NCBI RefSeq assembly: GCF_008831285.2
Contig: NC_045138.2
Coordinates: 43,152,001 to 43,216,000, forward strand
Length of the DNA: 64,000 bases
Direction: 5' to 3'
From: Nymphaea colorata
Taxonomy: Eukaryota
Under the pieces are notes generated by a model, which was not told the origin of the DNA, did not search any database, and saw nothing but the letters and a program-made list of their open reading frames with translations. The stretch's first letter is position 1; each line of letters starts with the position of its first letter. The translations under genes and the position numbers were made by a program. Positions 53,180-64,000 of the stretch are shown one piece after another.

Positions 53180-54074
53180 GTACGTACTAAAATGTATGTA
53201 TATTAAGGTTTATCATGTTTATTTGTGCTTATATGTCATAGAAATTGTTTATTGATCCATTATTTTTGGTTTTTTTGTAGTGACATGATTCAACATCATT
53301 TCAAACATATTATGCAGTAACAACTAACCAAATATCAGGTATTCTTTGAAATTATCTTTCATTTTTAGTTAGTTATTCATTGTGAAAGCATCAATAGTTT
53401 GTAGTCTCTTCCGCTACAGACATATTGATGTATACTCTTACATGCGCACATTGATAATGGCGAGTTGTTTCATTAACTTAACAATGCAAAGCTACTGGTC
53501 TTTTGTTGATCTAAAGTTTCCATGTGATATTATTTTATTGTTATAGATGTTGACCTTAAACGAGTTAATTTGCATGTCAGGCTCTCTCAATTTTGTCTAA
53601 CAATCCTTTATTCACTTCCCTAATGTTAGTAAATTTAAATAATAGGCCTGTGCATGAAGGACACAATGAAACTGCTCAGCCCACCTCTCATTGATAAGAT
53701 GTTATATAGGCTGTACAACCTTTTCTTTCCCTTGAATTGTTCTTAGATAGCATCTTTGCTTTGTCCATAGCTTCATGGAGGTACCGGTAGCAGACCAATC
53801 GTCATTGTGAACCAAACTTTGTCCAATGTTATACTGAAAGTACCTAGCTGACTATGAATAAAATACCCATAACTTCTCTTGACTTTCGTGCATGTGGATA
53901 TAGAGTCCATTCATCTACTGAGCATATTGATCTCAAATGCATTTCTTTGCTTTATTATGCTCTATATAATGAAAACATTTGTAACAAATCTAATTTGTGC
54001 AGGGTGAACCAACTCAAATTCATGTGTGTATTTTCTCGGCAAACTCAGCACATGTGCATATGATTACAGATAAA

Positions 54075-54134
54075 GTCTGATTTCTTGACAACTCAGTAAC
54101 TAGTGTCTGATTTCTTGACAACTCAGTAACTAGT
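54075..54134. repeat. Perfect 30-bp tandem duplication
   Basis: GTCTGATTTCTTGACAACTCAGTAACTAGT x2. Confidence 0.9.
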
Positions 54135-55066
54135 GTTTCTGATGAAGCATACGTGTGAACTGTATTATATAGTCGAGCACTTATGTGTAATTTCTGAAAT
54201 GTTAGATGGCTACAATTCATAGTCATCAAACAGCCACCGCAGATCTTGTCTTTTCATTGGTGCACTGTTCTCAACACTCTGAAAGATGAATATGGCTTTG
54301 TTCCCAATCTTGGTAGCTTTTTATTGCTAGCAGTTTATGGAATTTTTCAAAGAGTAGTACTTCCATTTCCAACCACCAACCGCTGGGTTCTCACTAAAAA
54401 CGCCATTGGACATTTGAGTTGTCTTAATTCAGAGTAAAATACAGAGAATTGCTACCACGAGGAGGATACCAAATTCATAAAAAAGGTTGTAACTTTTTGT
54501 CTCTTCGATCTGTGGACTTTTTACTATTCAATCGATGGAATATTTGCATAAACAGTACTGTTGAGTTATTCAAATAGGTCTTCACTGTTGTTGCAGATGG
54601 AATATTTTCTGCATAAACAGTGTTAACTTATTCATATGGGATTTTGTTGTTCAAGCAGGTGGAATATTTGCATCAACAGAGCTAACTTATCCACATTGTC
54701 TCTTTCCTTTTCCCATTTTAAAAAGTTTTTCTTCTGATTACTTTTATGCAAAATCTCATATAAAAATTTGACTCAAGGATTATAAATGAGTTAATCGAGT
54801 TACGCAAGTCGAGCTTGACTTTGTTAATCGAGTCAAGCTCGAGCTTGAGTTAGGCAGCTCGACTCTAGTTCGAGTCGAGTTCGAGCTTGAGCTCGAGCTG
54901 GGCGAGCTCGACTCGGCTCGTGTGCAGCCCTAAAAGTAGCTCTTTGTCAGGTGCTGAGCACCAACCATCACTGTAGCAAGTACTATAGCACCACCCATTT
55001 ACTTTCATTTTCGATGCATTTCATTTTCCTTCCTTTCCACATATCATTTCCCTTCCTCTCCATTTT

Positions 55067-55117
<51 letters not shown>

Positions 55118-55896
55118 ATGTCATGTATATGTGTATATACGGTGTTGACATATATACAGGATAACGATTAGTGGATTATTAAGTCATTTTAGAGTGTCTG
55201 ATTTTATAATAAACATGTTTTAGTGATATACTTGCCGCATGACATTATCTAATAATGTAAGCAACGAGTATAGATACGGCAGCTTCTGAAATACTTTCAT
55301 AGGTAACTTGTTTAAATGTACCTTTGCAGAATAGGTTCAATAAATTCAACAACAGCATATTTTCTTCTTGGGCTTTCAGATTATGACATATTCCCAAATA
55401 AAGCTTTTGTAGTGTCTTCTGACTTTTCCAGCATATTAAATTCGTTTTTGAGAAATTTAACTACAAAAAATGTTCGACACTATAGGGTTTCAAAGCAAAA
55501 ACGTAAAATTCCAATGTAACAATTGATGAGCCAATAAACTTAAGTATGCCAACTAAAAGGATTTTATAAAATTCGCCCTCGCACTGGAGTTTTTTAGGAC
55601 TTTTTTAATCCTATACTAGTAGACATTTCAAGTTCATCCATGTGGTTGGATTCATCAAAAACAATTTAAGAACCCCAGAAAAGCTAAAAGCTCTTTAGAT
55701 ATCTATAGTTTTAAGACGTCAAACTGAAACCATCAACAAAAAGTTTTTAGCTTCACTCACTGATTATATAGAAACCAAGCAGTAGAAAGATTATGACAGA
55801 TGGGTTCCCCGATATGCAATCTTTCTTCCATCAGTTACGCCCATTTCAGAATATTATAGCATCAGACCAACAGCTACCAAAGACCCTGAGATGAAC

Positions 55897-56347
55897 CTTA
55901 ACTACAAATATTGTTTAAGTAGATTTTTCTCGAGTATTTTTCAAAAAATTGTTATTTTCAAAAAAAAATCTCCAAATCTAAACAAATAAAAATCAAATGT
56001 TACTTAAAAATACAATAAACGAAAAACTAATAAGAAAACATAAAAAAAAATATAGTTAAAATAACAAAATTAGTGAAGTAATAAGTATTGTATTGCACCC
56101 AAGAGGTCATGTTAAATATCTAAAACAAAAAGAAATAAAACAATAAACAAAAGTTGAAAAAAATAAACAGAAAATGAAATAAGAACAATAAACAAAAAAT
56201 TCGTGTTAAAAACACGATAAAATTACGATCAATTGGCTTTTAACATTTTTTTTCAAAATACTGTGACGTTTTCCCATTTATATCGTTTTCTTCATTTTTC
56301 CGTTAATATCATGATCTTTTCAAAAATATACCGCTATCTGTGGCTAT
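55897..56347. mobile_element. Degenerate AT-rich MITE related to 63187-63626, in opposite orientation
   Basis: The reverse complement of the right end (..TATTTTTGAAAAGATCATGATATTAAC..) resembles the 63187 end (..TATTTTCGAAAATATCATGATATTAAC..). Similar length and A-rich core. Boundaries approximate. Confidence 0.5.
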
Positions 56348-56789
56348 AAGTAGAAGTGATGATTAACAATAAAATAACAAACTACGTTATTAGCAATTAG
56401 TATTTACAAAAGGAATCTGGTGCAACGCTGCTGGGGATAGGGCTGCCCCCTTTTATTATTATTAAAGCAAAGAAGCATAGAATATTACAGAAACCAAAAA
56501 GCCCGAGGACAACCTGTCAAGCCTAAATGCTCAGCAAGCTGGCACAAACAAGAGAAGAACAAAAGAATTCGAAGAAAAGCATATCAGAGAACTAACTCAT
56601 ATTGTGGGCATATGTTCCCAAACCAGAGTCAACATCAAATTTTTTTGTAACACAGCGTTGCAAGGACGCCAATCCCCAGGTTGCAATTTCGAAAAAACAT
56701 TATTTATTGCCTTTGCATCATCTATTTACAGATTTCTTTAGCTTGGATCTCCAAGCCGCAACCCACAACAAATATTTACCATGTCTTCC

Positions 56790-57007
56790 AATATCCTGAT
56801 TTTCACCATCTCTTTGGTGCAGGCTTCATCATTATCAATCTTTCCATTTCGCACTTTCCAAACATGAGGAAACATTAGCTTCCAGCATCTATATCTCAAA
56901 TATCCTGATTTTCACCATCTCTTTGGTGCAGGCTTCATCATTATCAATCTTTCCATTTCGCACTTTCCAAACATGAGGAAACATTAGCTTCCAGCATCTA
57001 TATCTCA
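56790..57007. repeat. Perfect 109-bp tandem duplication in the L1 3' region
   Basis: AATATCCTGATTTTCACC...TATATCTCA at 56790-56898 and 56899-57007. Confidence 0.92.
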
Positions 57008-57534
57008 AACTGTCTTTAAATGTTCAACCCCACCATCACATCATGGCATATCTTGCACAACTCCGTTCGGTCAACTCACAACTGAAAGAGTAATACAAAA
57101 ATAGTTGAGTCCGTGATCCTTCAGCATTTTCAGACTTCATCTATTTGTCATCTGGAATCTCAGCTTCTTCAATCTGTCCCAAGTGAAGAGTTTGCACTCC
57201 AATGCCCAGAAGCAAGTCCACTTCGCTTTGGGAATAGCATCACTCTTCCACACCTTAACTCTCACCCCATCGTAGACTCCTTTCCGCCTGATTTGATAAT
57301 AAACCAAGCCTCATGACCACTTTTTCGCCACGTCGTTCCACATTGATTAATAACATGTTGAATTAGACATACCTTTCCAAGCCGCCAACTTCTTAAGAAC
57401 TTTATTTTTCACGTCGTTTCACACGTATCTACTTTGAGTTTTCGAGTAAAAAGTGGTAAACCCAGATAAGTAAAAGGAGCATCGCAAGATTCCATCCCAA
57501 TAAAGTAGCAATTTGATCACATTGGGCATTAGAT

Positions 57535-60228
57535 ACATTGAAAGGGAAGAAACTAGAATTCTGCTCATTGATTTTTAGTCCTGTGCTCCCAGCAAATTCA
57601 CCCAGGATGTCCTTTATACTTGCAATGGAGTCTGAACTAGCGTCGCTTGTCAATATCAAGTCATCCGCATAGAAGGCCCCAGGAGAATCTAGTCCAATTC
57701 TAATGAAAGCCCAGCTCTCGCATAACAGGAAATGATTTTCATTACCAACTAGGGTAAACTTCCCCGTATTTAAGCACAAGTATTCTGGGTCGGGTTTATT
57801 ACCTCTATAGCTCCGCACCCGACCCGACCCGACTCAGACCCTCTAGACCAAGAACAAGAAATAAAACCTGCTTACTGCTATTAATTACCCTCCTCTGCTA
57901 AGACCCAACTTTAACAACTTTTCCCCCCTTCAATCCACACCTTGTCCTCAAGGTGTGAAGTCAGGAAATTGAGCTTGAATGTCTGTATTGACCTCCCAAG
58001 TTGCTGGTAAATCTTCATAACTGATCCATTCAATGAGCCATTCAGTCCAAATGTGATTTCCTTGCTTAACTCTGTGGCTACCCAACCTGTGGTATGGTTG
58101 CACTCCTGAAATCTCTTGCAGAACTGGTGCTTCCTGAATCTGAGCTGCAGAAGGTGGGGTAACACAAGGCTTCAACTTAGAGACATGGAAAACCAGATGG
58201 ATCAGACTTCGTATGGGCAAGTGCAGCTCATATGCCAAAGACCCAAACACCTGTTGCGGATGGTCCAGGGATCTCTGCTGATAGACCCAATCCCCCACTT
58301 GGTACTGATGATCCCTTCTCTTTCTATTGTATTGAATAACCATTCAGTTTCTAGCAACAGCCAAGTGTTGCTTAAGATCCTTGAGTACTACATCCCTGCA
58401 ACGGAGCTGAATGTCAACAGCCTCATCATGGGCTGTTCCAAGCTGATAACGTCGTATGTTGGGAGGGGGTCTCCCATAGACTGCCTCAAACGGTGTGGTG
58501 CTAGTGAAAGAATACCAGCCCGTATTATACGCAAACTCAGCCCAGGACAGATACCCTGCCCATAGCTTGGGTCGCTGACCAGCAAAACAGCAAAGGTAGG
58601 TCTCCAAGCTCTTGTTAACTATTTCAGTTTGTCCATCCGATTTGGGATGGTATGAGGTGCTCATCTGCAGATTGGTGTCCTACAATCTAAAATATTCTTT
58701 CCAAAAAGCACTTAATAAAAGGGAGTCATGATCACTTACAATCGATCTTGGCACATGATCTTGGAATGCTTTGGCCACTGTTTTTGCTGTAAAAGGATGG
58801 GCCAAAGGTTTGAAGTGTGCATAACTTGAGAGGCAATCCACCACTACAAAAATGATGGACTTCCCTCTTGAACTTGGAAGTCCTTCCACAGAATCCATGG
58901 AGATATCCTCTCAGATCTGCTGTTGTATAGGTAAGGGCAGCAACAACCCAGCTGGCTTTCGCGTCTCATATTTATTTTGCTGGCAAACATCACACTGTTT
59001 GACAAGCCCGCAGACTGCGCGCGTTTCATCCCTGGCCAATAGAAATTTGCCTTCAGCTTTTGATAAGTTCTCTCCACGCCTGCGTGACCTGCCTGCCTCC
59101 TTGGAGATATGGAAATGCTGAAGAATGATGTTCGGCAGCTCTGATTCAGGTGGAATATAAATTCCGTGCGGAAAATATAGGTATGGATCAGTTCATTGAA
59201 ACCCATAACACTTGATGGGATCGTTCAACTGTTCCCTGACCTTCCAAGCTGATTCAACCGTTTGGTGGGCCTGCTTAATCTGATCCCGTAACCTCACCTG
59301 GACTTGCGAAGCTGCTAGCAAAAAGTCAGTGGACTGCCCTCTCTGGTGAGATAGCCCATCGACTGCTAGGTTCTCCTTTCCTTACCAGTATTGAACCACA
59401 GAATCAAAATTTATTAACTCGCAAATCCAGTGCTGTAAAGCAGGTGAGAGTGTTTCCTGTTGTAAGCAATAGCGTAGGGTGTGATGATCAGTCATCACTA
59501 TGAACCTGTGCCTCATGAGATAATGTCTCCACTTCATGATTGCTAAAACAACGGCCATAAGTTCACGTTCATATGCAGATCTGGTTTTAAAGTAGATCCC
59601 AACGCTCTGCAAAAAAATGCAATTGGGTGCTGGTTCTGTTGCAACACAGCACCTACTCCACGGTCAGATACATCAGCCTGTACAACAATGGAATGTTGAA
59701 GTTAGGCATCTTCAACACTGGTGCTGAGGATATTGCTTGTTTTAGCATATCAAAGGCATGTTGTTCCTCTGGTCTCCATTTGAAGTACCCTTTCCTTATG
59801 AGAGCTGTTAACGGGGCAGCAATTAGGTCATATTCCTGCACAAATTTTCTGTAATAGTCTGCTAAAATAAAGAAAAAAATCTCAGCTCTTTAGGAGAACT
59901 TGGTGGACTCCAATGCCTCAGCTTCTACCTTCTCATTTTCCATCTTCACCATCCCTTTGCTGATGACATGTCCCAAGTATGAGACTTGGAGAGTGCTGAA
60001 CACACTTTGAGAGTCTAGCCTTACGATGATGCTGCTGTAATACCAGAAAAACTTGGTGCAGGTGCACATTGAAAGGGAAGAAACTAGACTTCTGCTCATT
60101 GATTTTTAGCCCTGTGCTCCCAGCAAATTCACCCAGGACGTCCTTTATACTTGCAATGGAGTCTGAACTAGCATCGCTTGTCAATATCATGTCATTCGCA
60201 TAGAAGGCCCTAGGAGAATCTAGTCCAA
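57535..60228. repeat. 163-bp direct repeats of the L1 RT YADD region (57535-57697 and 60066-60228) flanking the gypsy fragment
   Basis: ACATTGAAAGGGAAG...GAATCTAGTCCAA, 7 substitutions by manual count. Confidence 0.95.
57698..60065 (-). mobile_element. Ty3/gypsy chromovirus (Reina-like) 3' fragment: end of RT, RNaseH, integrase, chromodomain, PPT, partial 3' LTR
   Basis: VSYLGHVIS, IAAPLTAL..AF..LKQAISSAPVL, YERELMAVV.A..KWRHYL..TDH, GHAGVERTY, STSYHPKSDGQTEIVN, HLVFHVSKLK, chromodomain WLIEW......ATWE.......FPDF. PPT GAAGGGGGGAAAAG, then an LTR starting TGTTAAAG at 57916 and truncated at 57698. Confidence 0.92.
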
Positions 60229-62488
60229 CACTTAGACCTGCTGGAATTTCTATTTTCCGATAATGAAACTCCATTCTAAGCATATGGGAAATGATTTCAA
60301 CCACAAGTAAGAAAAGAAGAAGCGACAAAGGATCCATTTGCTGGAGTCCTTTTCCATAATAAAATTCCTTACATTCTCTTCCATTAAACACCAGGGCATA
60401 GAAAATTGATCTGACAGAAGTCATTAATCTATAAGTCTAGAATTGACTAAAACCAAGGTAAACCAATGTTGCCTCAAGAAAATTCCATTCAACACTATCA
60501 TACACTTTTGAAATATCTAATTGCATGAGCACCGATTGTTCTGAAATCTTGTCCACACTATTAATGATTTCATGAACCATTATAATATGATGTTGGATCA
60601 TTCTATTAGGCAGAAAAGCCCCCTTATCAAATCCAATGAAGTTTACCAAAATTTTCTTCATACGGCCTAGCATTGTTTTGAGCCAGAAATCCTTGACATT
60701 AACAGGTCCATTATTTTTTTCTATAATGACTAAGTGTGACTTGTTCACACTTTTCAAGATTTTTCCAGTTTGAAAAAAATCATGCACTGCCTTACATACA
60801 TCAAGGCCAACAATTTTCTAATGCTGCTGATGAAAATCAGCACCGAAGCCATTAAGACCAGGGGCTTTATTGTTGTGCATACTCAACACAATCTTTTTTA
60901 TTTCCGAGTCAAGAATAAGAGATCGTAAAGCTTCCATCATCAAGCCTGTGGAACCTTTGCTTCTATAAAATTTTTCAAAGTACAATATGCAAGCCTCATG
61001 GAGATCTTTTCTCCCCTCAACTCTATAGCCATCCACTTCCATAACCATTACCCGCCTTTTACTTTGACAAACTTTTACATGAACATGAAAATGTTGTATT
61101 TTGTCCCCATTATGCAGCCAAACAATTATAGATCTTTGTTGCCAATACAACTCCTATTTTTAATGTCAAGTCTAGCTCCTTCATGAGAAGCAATTCATAC
61201 ATACTCTATCAAATACTTTGTATCCTCTCTAACTCTATTTTAATACCCTCAAGTATAGAGGAGACACACCCATTGAATTTTGCATTCCACCATGCCAACA
61301 TTTTTCTTGTTCTTTCCAACTTTTTCAACACCTTAATCATGTGACAACCAGTACACACTTTGCTCCAGCAATCCACCACAATATTACTGCAAATTTCTTT
61401 AAGAGCCAAGCAACTAAATAATCTAAAAAGAGGTCTACCAAATCTGAACGCAGCAAGTACCCAAATACTAAGAACTAAAGCAAACTAATCAGACACTGCC
61501 CTAGAAGACATCTAAGATTTAGATTGACGGCATTACCATCTCCCCAATGGCTGCTGGCAAGGGTCCACTCTAATCTACATTCCACAAGCTCCGAACCCCT
61601 GAACTTAGACGACATAAAATTGCACCTTGGTTCATCCAATACCACCACATTAACATCATTAATAAATCAGACAAAGTCTACACAAGCTGATGCATTAGGA
61701 TGTCTACCTAGTTTATCCATGGGACTTTTTAGGGCGTTAAAATCATCAATCACAATTTTGGGATGCACAATCCTTTGTAGTTTAACAATTAAATTTGTGA
61801 AGACCACCCTCCTAACTAGCATGTTATGACTCAGATATACACCTGTGATACAAATCACTTGTTGGTCTCCTCTCAAAGAACACTCCACAATTATTCGTTC
61901 TTCATTTATATCCACAAATCTCATCAGCAATCTCTCTAGGTTCCAACCCATGATTATGTGTGTTTGTTCTCTAGCAGTAGGCATACAACACACCATTGCC
62001 TTAATCGAGATGTGTCTTCCTCTATCTTTCAACACTATTAGGGTTGAGAATTGAATCCATAAAAAAAAGCTCTGGCCTTTTTGTCTCTAAATATATATTC
62101 AACTCTTTCTGAGCATGTAGACAAGATAAACCTCTTGTGTTCCATGAAATGATCTTCATGAGGCAACATTCTGCATCGCCTTCGGGACCAGGATCCCCAC
62201 TTCCTCCATTTCTATTTCACATTCAACCTCCCCTAGATCTACACCCCTACCGCAAGCCTCTTCGTCTTCATCAACATTAGACGAGATGCTTTCAGTGTTG
62301 CTAATATCCTCAAGAAGCCCCTTGTCTTTACTCTTCTTAGTTTGATCATAAAGAGACAAAGCCCTAGCTAACTTCTCCCTTCCATGTCTACCACTTTCTC
62401 TTCTAACCACTTTTGAAGAGGCTTTAAAAAAGTCAGTCTCTACTAGCACTTCCTCATTTCTCTTTTTCCCTACCAGCTTCTTCATGGG

Positions 62489-62955
62489 TAGGGCTGCACA
62501 ACGAGTCGAGCCAACTTATGATTCACTTGAACTCCCTAAAGAAAACTCTACTCAAGCTCGACTGGTTTATAAACGAGTCAAGCTTGAGTTTAAATTTATA
62601 CTTGAAATGTTAAACAAGTCAACTTTGAGTTGTAAGAACCCAACTCATTTAAACTCCGCTCAGCTCGACTACGTAAAGCCGGTCCATCATGGTTGAATTA
62701 GTTGAACAAGTTAATGGCTTAAATAAATAAGTTGACGAGTTAAACGAGTTAAAAGAAACATGACATGTTAACAGAAACGAATTAAACGAGTTAAGCGAGT
62801 TCAGCTCGACGTTGTATAGTCGGGTCAAGCTCGATCCTACTGTGCGGAGCTCGACTCGAGTTCGAGCCAAGCTCTAGCTCGAGCTTTTTGAGCCAAGTCG
62901 AGCTTGAGCTAGCTCGGCTCATGTGCATCCCTATTCATGCTCATGTGCGTCCCTA
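62489..62955. mobile_element. hAT MITE (TAGGGCTGCAC family) inserted in L1 ORF1, with a duplicated right terminus
   Basis: Left TIR TAGGGCTGCACA. Right TIR occurs twice (TGTGCATCCCTA ending 62933, TGTGCGTCCCTA ending 62955). 8-bp TSD TTCATGGG (62481-62488, 62956-62963). Confidence 0.92.
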
Positions 62956-63186
62956 TTCATGGGGTCATGCCGAGAATCACGCACACTCATCCCATCTTCC
63001 TTCCCCATCTCATTCTTCTCATTCATAGACTTTCATAAAGAGTCAAACAATCTAGAACAAGGACATGAGACATACCCGGATCATCCTTCTTTTCTGATGA
63101 TGGCTTTATCATTGGTTCCTTCAGCCTGTATCCACCAACAATGTCACATTCTCCACTTCAGTAGCAGAGTCAAACATGTACGATTC

Positions 63187-63626
63187 CAGTGTCACATAAA
63201 TCACGATATTTTCGAAAATATCATGATATTAACATCAACAATAAGAAAAAGGAAAAAAAATCGCAATATTTTGAAAAAAACGAAAAAAATTTATCGTGTT
63301 ATTATCATGTTCTTTTGGTGGCTTTTTCCTAATTTTTTCATTTTTCTATTTTTTAGCATCGATATTATTATGAATCTAAATATAAACTTAAACTAAATTA
63401 TTTTTATCATTTTTATTATCATTAAAGCATTCCTTTTATCACTTTTATATAGTTTCATTTATGTTTTCCTATTAGTTTATCATTTGCTTTATTTGTACCT
63501 TAATTTTTATTTTTTTTTAAATTTTCTAAGTTTTCCCTGAGATTGTTCCCACAAATACAACTTTGCCATTAAAAACCCGAGAAAAATTTCATCGTTGAAA
63601 ACCCAAGTACGATATTTGTGAGACTG
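63187..63626. mobile_element. AT-rich hAT-like MITE (440 bp) inserted in L1 ORF1
   Basis: Imperfect TIRs CAGTGTCACATAAATC / GATATTTGTGAGACTG. Degenerate 8-bp TSD TACGATTC / CACAATTC (6/8). L1 ORF1-like sequence on both sides. Confidence 0.7.
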
Positions 63627-64000
63627 CACAATTCAACTTGCTTCCCGAAGGGCTCTTCAATTGCCATTATCAAATCCTCCTTACTAGGATCCATCACCTC
63701 CAAATCTCCATTCTCCTCAGCCTTTGAGGCAAGGGCCCCAAACCTATTGGTCCGGAAAATTCTTGTTTGATTCACATATGTGTTCATGCCTCCGTTCTTA
63801 GGTCTGCTCATGCCTCCTTATGAGGCTCACCCTGCCCTTGTCTTCCACTCCATTTGTCTGCGACAAACTTTGACCTCTAACCAGCCCTCTTTGGCCGGAA
63901 TTCCCAATCATCCCAATGGGGAAGGCTCCTTTCACACCTTCAATTTTCTACAAGATGTTAACTCAACAATGATGTAAAACTTGATAGTACCCTCATACTG

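Larger units (their letters stand above)
48085..54932 (+). mobile_element. Large hAT element (~6.8 kb) with decayed transposase, same family as 22889-24056 and 62489-62955
   Basis: Right TIR TGTGCAGCCCTA (to 54932). The left end starts TGCACAACGAGTCGAGCC, i.e. the TIR lacks its first bases. CTCGA subterminal arrays at both ends. No TSD. Confidence 0.88.
56420..64000 (-). mobile_element. Decayed L1-clade LINE (ORF1 3' part and ORF2), interrupted by a gypsy fragment and two MITEs; runs off the window
   Basis: ORF1 QYEGTIKF, NRFGAL. ORF2 start MKIISWNTRGL at 62159. Endonuclease VIDDFNA. YWQQRS..WL.NGD, KAPGLNGFGADF, LDISKVYDSVEW.FL, GLQQMDPLS.LLF, FYADD. 3' end motif at ~56421-56465. Confidence 0.92.

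Noticed and set aside
1..64000. Intact host gene, organellar insertion, tRNA or rRNA
   Set aside because: None recognised. All long ORFs are attributable to mobile elements, although short exons of a gene with very long introns cannot be excluded by eye.

Overview
AT-rich plant (angiosperm-type) nuclear DNA made almost entirely of nested, decayed mobile elements. I found no intact host protein-coding gene, tRNA, rRNA or CRISPR array. Best-supported features: (1) a structurally complete but mutated Ty1/copia (Ale/RE1-like) element with 312-bp non-canonical TG...TA LTRs and a TTGTT TSD, inserted in an L1 LINE; (2) an older copia remnant carrying a PIF/Harbinger element and a ~3.1-kb solo LTR; (3) three members of one hAT family (TIR TAGGGCTGCAC), one with a decayed transposase, plus other hAT MITEs; (4) a second, apparently spliced hAT/SLEEPER-like transposase pseudogene; (5) a FAR1-type MULE transposase remnant; (6) an endogenous caulimovirid (MP-CP-AP-RT-RNaseH) whose movement-protein segment is also present as an inverted second copy, giving a possible long hairpin; (7) a second L1 containing a co-oriented chromovirus (Ty3/gypsy) 3' fragment bracketed by a 163-bp duplication instead of a 5-bp TSD. 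Items 6 and 7 are the most unusual. All family assignments come from motif recognition by eye, not database searches. Mismatch counts are manual.
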